DNA of 64,000 bases from Nitrospirales bacterium (GCA_965223295.1 CBDCWC010000003.1:288001-352000), one strand, 5' to 3'; shown: positions 1 to 9,373, numbered from the stretch's first letter. Notes: a model not told the origin generated them from the sequence alone. Made by a program: numbers and translations.

Positions 1-1
1 A

Positions 2-400
2 ATTCTCGTTGTCGACGATGATGAATCTGGACGAAGAGCTATACGGGCTCTCCTGGAAAATGAAGGATATACATGTCTTGAGGCAGAACACGGAGGCAAG
101 GCATTGGATCTTCTGGGCCAGGCTCAGGTGGACCTGGTCATCACCGACAATAGAATGCCTGTCTTAACTGGATTAGACTTTCTTGAACAGCTGTCAAAAT
201 CAGCACCCTCTAAGCTGCTTCCAGTGGTTGTTTTTAGTGGCAATTTAGGCCCACAGGATAAGGAGAGAGCGTTCAAAGCTGGTGCCTGCGCGGTTCTCGA
301 CAAACCTCATGGTGTGGTAAAATTAGTGCCAAAGATCAATCAAATCTTTACTCAACAGAGTACAAGTAGCAGGGAAAGAGTCATGCCTCACGTCAACTAG
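2..400 (+). CDS. Single-domain response regulator (REC), 5'-truncated by window edge
   Basis: Frame open from base 2: ILVVDDDESGRRAIRALLENEGY...DLVITDNRMP...VVVFSG...LDKP; acidic pocket, phospho-Asp and KP motif present. Confidence 0.85.
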   Translation: MLVVDDDESGRRAIRALLENEGYTCLEAEHGGKALDLLGQAQVDLVITDNRMPVLTGLDFLEQLSKSAPSKLLPVVVFSGNLGPQDKERAFKAGACAVLDKPHGVVKLVPKINQIFTQQSTSSRERVMPHVN

Positions 401-502
401 TTCTCTACGTTCCCTTGGCCTTGCAATCTGATATCTTCGCTCTTTACTATAAGTCAGATATCTCACCACTTGTACCTTGAGGGGAAGGTTTATCAAAACA
501 CT

Positions 503-1159
503 ATGAACAGAATACGTTTTTTAAATTTAGTGACGCTATGTTTTATGATGACTGCCTGCCAATCGGTCGGAAGCGGTTTAAAGACAGTTGATGTCTCTGA
601 ATTAGATTCCAATGGCTTTCCTATCCACACGTCAAATCAAAATCCTGACAACGAGAGATATATCATCAAGCCGGGTGATCAGTTAAGCGTGAAATTCTTT
701 TTCAACCCCGAATTAAATGAAGAAGATCTGATAGTTCGGCCTGATGGATTTATTTCGCTTCAATTGGCACATGAAATCCAGACAGCGGGTCTTACTCCAT
801 CGGAACTGACCAAGATCTTAGCAAAAAAGTACGCTGGACAGCTCAAAAATCCTGAAATTGCGGTGATCGTCCGATCAATCAAAGAGGCCAACAAAATTTA
901 TGTCGATGGTCAAGTTGGGGCACCGGGAGAATTTGAAATGATTGGAACCCTCACCGTGTTACAGGCCATTTCCCTCGCCAGAGGGATGACTGAAGACACC
1001 GCTGACAAGAATAACGTGGTAGTCATACGCCGTGATCAGGGCGGCAAGCCATTCGCCATAAAGGTCGATCTAAATGCAGCACTCAGTGGAAGAGATCTCA
1101 CTCAAAACATTCAGTTACTGCCTCATGACACTGTCTATGTACCAAGATCGTTTTGGTGA
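503..1159 (+). CDS. wza: Short OPX/Wza-family polysaccharide export lipoprotein (Poly_export + one SLBB domain)
   Basis: Lipobox-like MTAC; YIIKPGDQLSV..VRPDG.ISL; IYVDGQVGAPG; ends LLPHDTVYVPRSFW with no C-terminal OM helix; ATG 503 preferred over TTG 470. Confidence 0.85.
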   Translation: MNRIRFLNLVTLCFMMTACQSVGSGLKTVDVSELDSNGFPIHTSNQNPDNERYIIKPGDQLSVKFFFNPELNEEDLIVRPDGFISLQLAHEIQTAGLTPSELTKILAKKYAGQLKNPEIAVIVRSIKEANKIYVDGQVGAPGEFEMIGTLTVLQAISLARGMTEDTADKNNVVVIRRDQGGKPFAIKVDLNAALSGRDLTQNIQLLPHDTVYVPRSFW

Positions 1160-1163
1160 GGCC

Positions 1164-2357
1164 ATGATGAGAATAGGAGCTTTTCAGATGACATCGTCCC
1201 GCCCAAGACATTTCTCAATGATAGTGGGAACTTCGCACCGAACGTACCGGTGGCTCGTATTCATATCTTTTATGATTTTACCCCAGATGGACATCGCAGA
1301 ACTTCAAGCGATTGCTCAGACTTTACCTCAATCAGAAATTGAAGGCTCTTTGAGCCAGGAAAGTTTGGATGAAGCAGCGAATCAAACCTACTCCATCATG
1401 CAACAACAGCTTCAGGCGTATCAGAAACGGTTAGAAGCCTCTGAACGTCGGCTACAGGACTTCAAACAAATACATGGCATCATTTCGCTTGAAACTCAAA
1501 TCAATCTTCTTCTTCAGCAACGTAATGCGCTAGATGACTCGTTTAAAATAGAACAGAATCGCGCTCAGGGCCTTCGAGAAAAGTTGGCTTGGGTACAAGA
1601 TAGAATTAGCCAGGTGCCTAAAGAAATTCCCTTGTCGAGTGTTTTGAGCTCCGAACAAGGAATTATAGGCCAGGCCAAAAATAATTTACTTACACTTCAA
1701 CTGCAGGAACAAGAACTCCTAAATAAATATACTGAAAAAAACCCCCATGTCCAATCGCTTCGAAAAGAAATGGAATTAGTTTCTCAGTTTATCGAGGAAC
1801 AAGAGGCCAACTTGGCGGGAAGCGTGACGACAGGAAAGAACCCGTTGTATCAGGAAATGGAAATGCAGCTCTTTCATACTCAGGCTGATCTGGTTTCGGC
1901 CAAAGCTCAAAGTCAAGTCATTGCTCAACAAATTTCTGAAATTGATAAAAAACTTGAGGAGCTTCGAAGCTTAGAAGTTGAATTTGAGGAATTGAGCCGC
2001 CAGGTTAAAGCCGATGAAAGAAATTACTTGAATTATCTCACCAAAGTTGGAACGACCCCTCCGCAAGATTACCAGATTCAGGTTGGGGATCATCTTGACA
2101 TTAAATTCTTTTTCAACCCTGAACTAAATGAATCTGTTTTGGTGAGACCCGATGGCCGAATTGCCTTGCAATTAGTAGGTGAATTTCCTGTCGTTGGACA
2201 TACAGTTAAAGAATTACGAGAAATCCTGATGAAGAATTATTCAACCCAACTCAAGAACCCCGAAGTTGCGGTATTACTTCGGTCCTCGAATGTTCCAGGA
2301 GACAGTGTAGGAGCAATCGAGGCTGAACCCCGCTCAGAGAATCACAATGGACGATGA
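1164..2357 (+). CDS. Chimeric protein: GumC/Wzc-like coiled-coil region fused to C-terminal Wza-type Poly_export domain
   Basis: Middle resembles the next gene (LQAYQKRLEASERRLQDFK, YTEKNPHV, VTTGKNPLYQ); C-terminus resembles wza (YQIQVGDHLDIKFFFNPELNE.V.VRPDG); start uncertain (1164/1167). Confidence 0.75.
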   Translation: MMRIGAFQMTSSRPRHFSMIVGTSHRTYRWLVFISFMILPQMDIAELQAIAQTLPQSEIEGSLSQESLDEAANQTYSIMQQQLQAYQKRLEASERRLQDFKQIHGIISLETQINLLLQQRNALDDSFKIEQNRAQGLREKLAWVQDRISQVPKEIPLSSVLSSEQGIIGQAKNNLLTLQLQEQELLNKYTEKNPHVQSLRKEMELVSQFIEEQEANLAGSVTTGKNPLYQEMEMQLFHTQADLVSAKAQSQVIAQQISEIDKKLEELRSLEVEFEELSRQVKADERNYLNYLTKVGTTPPQDYQIQVGDHLDIKFFFNPELNESVLVRPDGRIALQLVGEFPVVGHTVKELREILMKNYSTQLKNPEVAVLLRSSNVPGDSVGAIEAEPRSENHNGR

Positions 2358-3831
2358 AACCATAATTGAAAATGCCGTGGCACCCTATCCTTTAGGAAGT
2401 TTGCGAGACATTCTCACAACCATTTTTAAGCACAGAGGTAAAATCCTCCTAGGTTTCCTTCTAGCATTCCTACCTGTCATCGGATGGGTCTTTTTATCCA
2501 CGCCCCACTTTATGGCTGATGCCAGTATCGTACTAAAATTTGGAAGAGAACATATCGTACGACCAGAAGTAGGCACTGCAAAAGAATATGTAGACTTTGA
2601 CCAAGGGGCGGCGATTCAAACAGAGCTCAATATAATTTTTAGTAGAGATCTAGCTAGAAAAATCGTACAGAGCATCGGAATTCATAACCTCTACCCTCAG
2701 TTAGCTGACTCTCCACTCGAGGAAAGTCAACTCATCGCTTCCGCTACATCCAAATTTTTAAAAAATTTGACGGCTGATTCTGTGAACTATTCTAATGTGA
2801 TTGAACTGACATTCTCACATCATGATCCACAAATAGCAGCAACAGCCCTCAACACTCTTATTGATTTGTTGAAGGGGAAACACCTTCAAGTGTTTAGTGA
2901 TCCCAAGGCCTCATTTTTAACGAATCAACTACAGAGCTATGAAAAAAAGCTCAAAGATTCAGAGGAAGGACTGCAAAATTTTAAACGCAAACACAACCTT
3001 TCTTCTCCTCTAAAGCAACATCAACAACGCCTTCTTGATCAGAGGGCAGAATTGGATACGGAATATAAAAAAATCAGGAATGAAATACAAGGCCTAAAAA
3101 GCAAAAGTATAGCACTTGAAGCACAACTGAAAACAGTTCCCCAGACTATTCCACTTACCACTACGGAAGGAGAAGGGGTTTTAAAACAAGCCCGTGAAGA
3201 TTTGTTTGAGCTCAAGCGCCAGGAACAGAGTCTGTTGGGGAAGTACACGGAAGACAGTCTTCCCATTCAAAACCTTCAAAAAGAAATTGAACTTCTAGAG
3301 ATATTTATCAGTCAACAACCCAATGACGAACGTTCAAACACCGTCACAAGTGGGAAAAACCCCATCTTTCAAAACCTGGAGATTGCAAAACTAGAAACTT
3401 CCTCTGCTCTTAAAACGAAACAGGCTAGCATGGAAGTCATTGCTGATCAAATCAAGGAGCTGGACAATAAAATTTTGAGTCTTGATCAATTAAATGAAGA
3501 ACTAACAGTGCTGGAAAGGCAAAAAACGACAGATGAACAAAATGTTCAATTGTATCTGGGAAAAGTGGAAGAAGCCAAAGTTTCAGAAGAGATGGATCGC
3601 CTCCACATGTCCAATATTAGCGTCATCCAAGCAGCAGAAGTCCCTCTACAGCCGACTGGTCGCTCAGCCACACTTAAACTGTTGCTAGGAACTCTCCTTA
3701 GCACAGTCGTCGGCTTTGGCATTGCATTCCTTTCTGAATTCTTGGGTGGCACATACACAAGGCCAGCTCAAGCCACGCAAGATTTAGGGCTTCCAGTGCT
3801 GGCTTCTTTCTATCAAAAAAGTGCGAGTTAG
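2347..3831 (+). CDS. Polysaccharide co-polymerase (GumC/Wzz/Wzc N-terminal family)
   Basis: SLRDILTTIFKHR, N-terminal TM, long coiled coil, NISVIQAAEVP..P, second TM, LGLPVLAS; no fused kinase. Confidence 0.88.
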   Translation: MDDETIIENAVAPYPLGSLRDILTTIFKHRGKILLGFLLAFLPVIGWVFLSTPHFMADASIVLKFGREHIVRPEVGTAKEYVDFDQGAAIQTELNIIFSRDLARKIVQSIGIHNLYPQLADSPLEESQLIASATSKFLKNLTADSVNYSNVIELTFSHHDPQIAATALNTLIDLLKGKHLQVFSDPKASFLTNQLQSYEKKLKDSEEGLQNFKRKHNLSSPLKQHQQRLLDQRAELDTEYKKIRNEIQGLKSKSIALEAQLKTVPQTIPLTTTEGEGVLKQAREDLFELKRQEQSLLGKYTEDSLPIQNLQKEIELLEIFISQQPNDERSNTVTSGKNPIFQNLEIAKLETSSALKTKQASMEVIADQIKELDNKILSLDQLNEELTVLERQKTTDEQNVQLYLGKVEEAKVSEEMDRLHMSNISVIQAAEVPLQPTGRSATLKLLLGTLLSTVVGFGIAFLSEFLGGTYTRPAQATQDLGLPVLASFYQKSAS

Positions 3832-3834
3832 ACA

Positions 3835-5313
3835 ATGTACCTATCTTTTTATGGGCTTCAAAAAGAACCATTTCATACCACACCCGATCCCCACTTTCTT
3901 TTTTTAAGTCCCAGCCATAAAGAAGCTCTTGGCACAATTATTTATGGTATAGAAAAAAAGAAAGGATTTGTGGCGATACTTGGGGAAGTCGGTGTCGGCA
4001 AAACAACTATTCTGCGAGCTTATCTTGAAGGTAAGCGTCAGAACAAACACAAAACGGTATATATATTCAACCCAGTACTGACGTATCAGGAACTTCTGAA
4101 GTCCATACTACGCGGGCTGGATCTAGTTCCAACTCATAGTGATCTCAGTGAAATGATCAACCAACTCCATGAAGCACTCATCATGGAATATCGCTCCAAC
4201 AGTACTGTGGTCGTCGTCATCGACGAAGCTCAAAACATCCCTATAGATACGCTGGAAAACCTTCGAATGCTCTCTAACCTTGAAACCTCAACCGATAAAC
4301 TTATTCAATTTATCTTAATTGGCCAGCCCGAACTTGAAGCACTACTCAACCAACCAAGGTTGCGTCAGCTTCAACAACGAATAGCCATTCAAGCAACAAT
4401 TACCACTCTGACGCTCAAAGAAAGTCAAGATTACATCAAACATCGCATTGCAAGAGCTTCAACTGGTGAACCACGGGTATTTTCCAAGGGGGCCATACAG
4501 CTTATTTGTAAGCATGCACAAGGAGTTCCACGACGCATTAATATGATTTGCGATAATTCACTTAGCACTGGATTTGGGTATCAGGAAAAACCTGTGACAA
4601 CTAAAGTCGTGAAAGAGATCATTGGTGATGGAAGCACACCCGGGTCCTTTCGTCCGTTTAAATGGGTAGCTGCCATCGCGGCTGGCGCCATTTTGTTCTC
4701 AGGATTTTTTATTTGGAAAAACTATCCTCTTAAGGAGAATTTTGACATCTTATCTATTTTCTCAGATAGATCATCCGCCTCAAACACTCAGGTGATGGCA
4801 CAAAAGATATCCGCAGAGACTACTGGGTCAGTCATCGAGCAGGTAAGAGATATGAACGAAAACGAAACCCTCTTAGAGGCTTCCCCACCTCAAGCTTTCA
4901 ATGATATTTCCGAAAAATCTTTATTGCAGAGTTCCTCCTTAAACAAAACGCAATCTCCAGGGAAAGAGATTCAAAAAACAATCGCTAAGGACGACAAAAA
5001 AGTTCCTGTGGCACTAGAAGAAACAGTTCCTAGTACTATCTTTCCTAAACAACAACCACCTGATAAAACTCAGACCGGACCTAACACCATGATCCTTAGC
5101 CAATCAAAGTCTTTTCCGAGGCAAGATTCGACCTCTCCTAGAGTGCGGTCAGTGAATAGCGGAGAAAGCCTCAGCCAAATCACCAAGGAAGTGTATGGCT
5201 CATTTGCTCCGGAGCATCTTTCATGGATCACACAACATAATCCAGACATAGTTGACCCAGATCTTATCCATGTTGGACAGCAATTGGTACTCCCGGATTT
5301 TTCCAAGGAGTAA
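3835..5313 (+). CDS. ExeA/GspA-family AAA ATPase with TM segment and C-terminal LysM domain
   Basis: MYLSFYGLQKEPF, Walker A GEVGVGKT, Walker B VVIDEAQ, LIGQPEL, GVPRRIN; TM ~aa 278-294; VNSGESLSQI...NPDIVDPDLIHVGQQLVLP. Confidence 0.88.
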   Translation: MYLSFYGLQKEPFHTTPDPHFLFLSPSHKEALGTIIYGIEKKKGFVAILGEVGVGKTTILRAYLEGKRQNKHKTVYIFNPVLTYQELLKSILRGLDLVPTHSDLSEMINQLHEALIMEYRSNSTVVVVIDEAQNIPIDTLENLRMLSNLETSTDKLIQFILIGQPELEALLNQPRLRQLQQRIAIQATITTLTLKESQDYIKHRIARASTGEPRVFSKGAIQLICKHAQGVPRRINMICDNSLSTGFGYQEKPVTTKVVKEIIGDGSTPGSFRPFKWVAAIAAGAILFSGFFIWKNYPLKENFDILSIFSDRSSASNTQVMAQKISAETTGSVIEQVRDMNENETLLEASPPQAFNDISEKSLLQSSSLNKTQSPGKEIQKTIAKDDKKVPVALEETVPSTIFPKQQPPDKTQTGPNTMILSQSKSFPRQDSTSPRVRSVNSGESLSQITKEVYGSFAPEHLSWITQHNPDIVDPDLIHVGQQLVLPDFSKE

Positions 5314-5322
5314 TGTGATTCA

Positions 5323-6081
5323 ATGAGTAAAATTTACGACGCTCTGCAAATTGCATACGGCGAACGACTCATTACTGAGAACGGATCAAAGGCTGCACCA
5401 GCTGTCAGCTCGTCTGCTCTTCTAAAAATAGACAGCCCATTTTCTATTTCTCGGCAGTACAAGGAGGCAGAACTTCTAGGGCTTGCCCAACATATTGCAG
5501 CCCGACTAGGGGATCCAAAGAAAAATGTCATTCAATTCATTGGCACTCAAAAAGGGGAAGGAACTTCTACGCTGGTCCGAGAGTTCGCTATGGTTTTAGC
5601 TCAACATAGCACCAAACCAATATTGCTGGTTGAAGCTGATTTAATCCAACCTTCACAGTATCAGGCCTTTGGCATTGATCCCAAACCGCCATTAGAGAAT
5701 CTTTTTGAAGAGGGAAAAGCTCTTGAAGGAGTGGTATCTCAAATTGAGGAATCAAATCTCTATGTTGCAACTCTCTCATCGAAAGTGCAGTCCGCTCTTA
5801 CGGGACAAACCAAGAGTCATGGGAAGACAATGTGGGATAGGGTTCGGGACGAATTTGGACTAATCTTAATTGACTCGTCTCCAGCTCGTGTTACCCCAGA
5901 TAGCCTGGCACTTTGCAATACCGTCGACGGAATTGTTTTCGTGTTGCAAGCTGAAAAAACTCGCTCGACTGTTGCCAATAGTGTCAAGGAACAGATTTTT
6001 ATGCGTGGCGGGAATATATTGGGGCTCGTTCTGACCAAGCTCAAGTTTCACATCCCCGAAGGTATTTACAAGTTACTTTAG
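5323..6081 (+). CDS. CpsD/CapB-family BY-kinase-like protein, probable pseudokinase
   Basis: MSKIYDAL start, GEGTST (K missing), LLVEADL, LILIDSSP, VDGIVFV, ILGLVL; no tyrosine cluster. Confidence 0.8.
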   Translation: MSKIYDALQIAYGERLITENGSKAAPAVSSSALLKIDSPFSISRQYKEAELLGLAQHIAARLGDPKKNVIQFIGTQKGEGTSTLVREFAMVLAQHSTKPILLVEADLIQPSQYQAFGIDPKPPLENLFEEGKALEGVVSQIEESNLYVATLSSKVQSALTGQTKSHGKTMWDRVRDEFGLILIDSSPARVTPDSLALCNTVDGIVFVLQAEKTRSTVANSVKEQIFMRGGNILGLVLTKLKFHIPEGIYKLL

Positions 6082-6311
6082 TAGGTTCCGCCTGCCAAAA
6101 GCTTAAGTGGCATCCATGCCGAGACTCTCATCTTCTCATTACCAGGTCCACCTCGATTAACCATACGTAGCTACCTGTTTCTACTTTGTCTGTAGGCAAG
6201 TTCGAGACGATTCACATTTAACCAGGTAAGCTGGTTTCTGAAGAGTACTATATAGCTTTGCTCATTGAAAATGAAGCCAAAGGTAACCAATAAGCGATTG
6301 AGTTTCTCTTC

Positions 6312-7673
6312 TCAAAGCGCTCCTTGAAGAGACACCATAATAGAGTTGGCATAGAAATCAAATTGGTTAACGTTGGAAAACCGTCTCTGGAAAATGTATT
6401 CTAGCCGAAACCCTAACCATTTCACAGTTCGGTAATCCAATCCTAGTCTGCTAGTTATCTGATTATCGCGTCTATCTGACCTAAGTCCACTATTTGATTG
6501 ATCGTTAAACTTATTGTTGACAAATCTCATTCCACCTCTCAATGCAGCACGTTTTCCCATCTGTTGTGTCGCTAGAAGAGAAGCTCCGGTTTGTGTGATG
6601 ACAGAACTTGAAAACACACCAGATTGACGATTTCCCCGAAAAGCACCAAGGTTCATATTGAACCTCGAAGTAGGATTCCAATTAAGGTTTCCTTGCATAA
6701 AGAATATATCGTTCCCCTGCCCACCATCACTAAAACGCGAACCCGCTGGCTGAGTGATCGGGGCATGATCAAAATTTAGAACTTGGTACCCAGCACGAAA
6801 TTCTCCTGAAAGCCGACTGGTCGCAGCTAACCGCACGCCTGTACTGATCGTATACGAGAAGCTGTCCAACTGGTTATTTTCTTCAAAATCATTGTCATTG
6901 ATTTCGAAACTTAACAACGGAGCAATCTTTGGAGAAACAGGAACAAAAAAGGTCGCATCTGCTCCCGTTGATCGTAGATCTCGAATGGGCGCCTGGTTAT
7001 TATTTTCATAGTTCCATTTCGTGAAAAAAAACCTAAATCTAAATCCTATTTGAGATCCCAGTTTCTCCACTTGCCCAACGAAGGAATCCGTATTCCATGT
7101 CGTCAGATCTCTTTGTTGAAGGTCAAATTCAGAACCTCTCTGATCAAATCCCTCAATATGACCGCCTTTTAACTTGACTTTTAACCCGACAGGAAAATCT
7201 AAATTTAATTGACCCATAACTTCTTGGCTCAAAGCATTATTTTCTGAGAAACGTTGAAAATACTGTTGACTCGCGCGATAGTCAGCCATCAGCTGATGCC
7301 GCCCACCAAAAGGAAGAATGGCTTGAAGTCCAGGAGAAATGTTATAAATAAAATCACTACGTCTTCTTTTGTCAATTCTAAAAATATTATCTGAATAGAT
7401 TACTGCCCCACCCAAAAATGGATGCAGTATTACCGGACCTGCCCTTAAGCCCGTTCCAGGAAAATTTCTGAGAAAAGAAATCTGGTGAAATGGTGCAGCA
7501 CCTCCAGTGAATGCATATGAAGCTTGGGAAACTTGCGCCCAGCACCTTTCAGAGGGTTCTATGAAAGAAAATCCTAGATAGAGACAAAAAACATATACCC
7601 AACATCTCCTTGACCGCAGCCAGGTTGATCCACCTCTGACTAATATTTCGCTGGACTGAGATTTATGCCCCAT
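6312..7673 (-). CDS. Outer-membrane beta-barrel protein of polysaccharide loci (BBP2-like)
   Basis: YSDNIFR...SDFIYNISPG motif, alternating amphipathic strands, C-terminal RFSN...DFYANSIMVSL; convergent on EPS export operon. Confidence 0.75.
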   Translation of the reverse strand: MGHKSQSSEILVRGGSTWLRSRRCWVYVFCLYLGFSFIEPSERCWAQVSQASYAFTGGAAPFHQISFLRNFPGTGLRAGPVILHPFLGGAVIYSDNIFRIDKRRRSDFIYNISPGLQAILPFGGRHQLMADYRASQQYFQRFSENNALSQEVMGQLNLDFPVGLKVKLKGGHIEGFDQRGSEFDLQQRDLTTWNTDSFVGQVEKLGSQIGFRFRFFFTKWNYENNNQAPIRDLRSTGADATFFVPVSPKIAPLLSFEINDNDFEENNQLDSFSYTISTGVRLAATSRLSGEFRAGYQVLNFDHAPITQPAGSRFSDGGQGNDIFFMQGNLNWNPTSRFNMNLGAFRGNRQSGVFSSSVITQTGASLLATQQMGKRAALRGGMRFVNNKFNDQSNSGLRSDRRDNQITSRLGLDYRTVKWLGFRLEYIFQRRFSNVNQFDFYANSIMVSLQGAL

Positions 7674-7947
7674 TCATACTCACCCACGGTAATTTTTTCT
7701 TGGGATTAGAGATTTCAACATACAGATCCCACAATAAGAACCCTATTTCTCAAATGCAAACATGATTTTCCCAACTAGGGTGGGAGTTAGGAGGAAGAAT
7801 TTGACTAGAAGCTAGAAGCCTATACGGCATACTCCCAAGTAGTTACAATCACTTTTATCACGATTGCTGATTTTGTGCGACGGATGCAGGAGGATTTCTT
7901 TTTCTTACAGTGCCTCAAGGCGATCAAAAATAAACGGTTGTTCTCTA

Positions 7948-8036
7948 TGGTGCCGGAGCCCGGACTTGAACCGGGACGGGCCGTTAAGCCCGAGGGATTT
8001 TAAGTCCCTTGCGTCTGCCTATTCCGCCACTCCGGC
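7948..8036 (-). tRNA. tRNA-Leu(TAA)
   Basis: Reverse complement GCCGGAGTGGCGGAATAGGCAGACGCAAGGGACTTAAAATCCCT...GGTTCAAGTCCGGGCTCCGGCACCA; long variable arm, encoded CCA. Confidence 0.97.
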
Positions 8037-8058
8037 ATGAAGCAGGATCCCGGAGCAG

Positions 8059-8088
8059 ACTCTACCACTCCGTGAAAACGCAGGGCAA
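8059..8088 (-). promoter_or_regulatory. Putative sigma70 promoter of tRNA-Leu
   Basis: TTGCCC-N18-TAGAGT with TG extension, ~22 nt upstream of the mature tRNA. Confidence 0.5.
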
Positions 8089-8141
8089 GATTTCTCAGGC
8101 GCATCTCAGGCTTTCCATGATTACCATGGCTTTTTTCGTAG

Positions 8142-8177
8142 AAAAAAAAGGAGGATGCGAAATCTTCGCATCCTCCT
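8142..8177 (-). terminator. Intrinsic terminator after Pal-like gene
   Basis: AGGAGGATGCGAA/TTCGCATCCTCCT hairpin with T-run on minus strand. Confidence 0.8.
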
Positions 8178-8227
8178 CTAACAAACACATCAAATCACCC
8201 CATTCATCAAGGGGGTAAATGGTGAAT

Positions 8228-9373
8228 TTACGATTGATTCATTCGTACCACCATATGACTTCGACGATTTTCTTGAAAGCAATTCTCATTGGAATCCTGA
8301 CAGGCAGGTCGTTCTTTGCCATAGGACACGATTTTAATTCGATGTCTCTGCACGCCCAAATTCACTAAATATTCTCGGGCTGCTTCTGCTCGTTTTTTCC
8401 CAAGCACAAGATTGTAATCTTGCGTTCCTCGTTGATCACAATGACCCTCAATCGTTAAGGCTTTCGTAGGATTCGCATGCAGCCATTGGGCACCTTCCTC
8501 CAGATAGCGTGCGGCCTCATTGGAAATACTCCAACTGTCAAACCCAAAGTATATATCATGCACACGACCTCCAGATCCACTGCTAGAGTTACTGGTGCCA
8601 AAAGGTTCTATCTCTGACTCCCTCATCCGCATCGAACCGGAGTCTCTATTATCATTGGCTTGGGCAATGTTCGAATCGGGATTAACATATTCTGGCGACG
8701 GTCCGCCGTTTTCCCGCAGATAAGCTTGAGCCCACGATTCTGGATTAGATTCCATGGCAGAAGCCGAGCTATCACTAAATCCATCCACAGCGCCGTAATT
8801 GGGCCCACTTCCTGGGACTCCCGAATAATCATGCCCATAGTTTGAACGGCTTCCAATTCCACTTCCGTTGGAATCGCCGTTTGATGAGGGATCTCCATAA
8901 AACTCTTGACTGCTCTCGCCTCCTCGCAGATACGCATTCGCCCAGGCTTCGGGATCTGGATTGCTTGACGCTGCTGACCCACTTCCAAAGCCGGTGACTG
9001 GACCATGGTTAGGACCGGAACCATTCACCCCACCATATTGCTGTCCATAATCGGAGCCACTCCCTGGTTCTGATGAAGCTCCCCCATTCATATCTGAGTC
9101 CCCATCTCCACTATTTGACAAATTCGGTGACAATCCCTGACCTGTTCCAGAGTACGGACGACTGCCGTTCACTCTGCCCCCCTGCATCGTTGTGCCATCA
9201 GCGTTGCGAACCATTCTATCGGCAGTCCCATTCATTTCCTCTTCGCTAGAGATCATCTCATCGCCCTCTGAATTTGCTCCATATTCTAGGGAATGCCCAC
9301 TACACCCTGAGACCATAAAAGCCCCAAACACGATAGCAAGAAAAAGCCTATTGTTGGTTTGACTCACGCCCAT
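8228..9373 (-). CDS. OmpA/Pal-family lipoprotein with long G/S/N-rich repeat linker
   Basis: Lipobox VSGC; C-terminal DIYFGFD...IEGHCDQRGTQDYNLVLGKKRA...VSYGKERP...ENRR; AGGAGG RBS. Confidence 0.88.
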   Translation of the reverse strand: MGVSQTNNRLFLAIVFGAFMVSGCSGHSLEYGANSEGDEMISSEEEMNGTADRMVRNADGTTMQGGRVNGSRPYSGTGQGLSPNLSNSGDGDSDMNGGASSEPGSGSDYGQQYGGVNGSGPNHGPVTGFGSGSAASSNPDPEAWANAYLRGGESSQEFYGDPSSNGDSNGSGIGSRSNYGHDYSGVPGSGPNYGAVDGFSDSSASAMESNPESWAQAYLRENGGPSPEYVNPDSNIAQANDNRDSGSMRMRESEIEPFGTSNSSSGSGGRVHDIYFGFDSWSISNEAARYLEEGAQWLHANPTKALTIEGHCDQRGTQDYNLVLGKKRAEAAREYLVNLGVQRHRIKIVSYGKERPACQDSNENCFQENRRSHMVVRMNQS

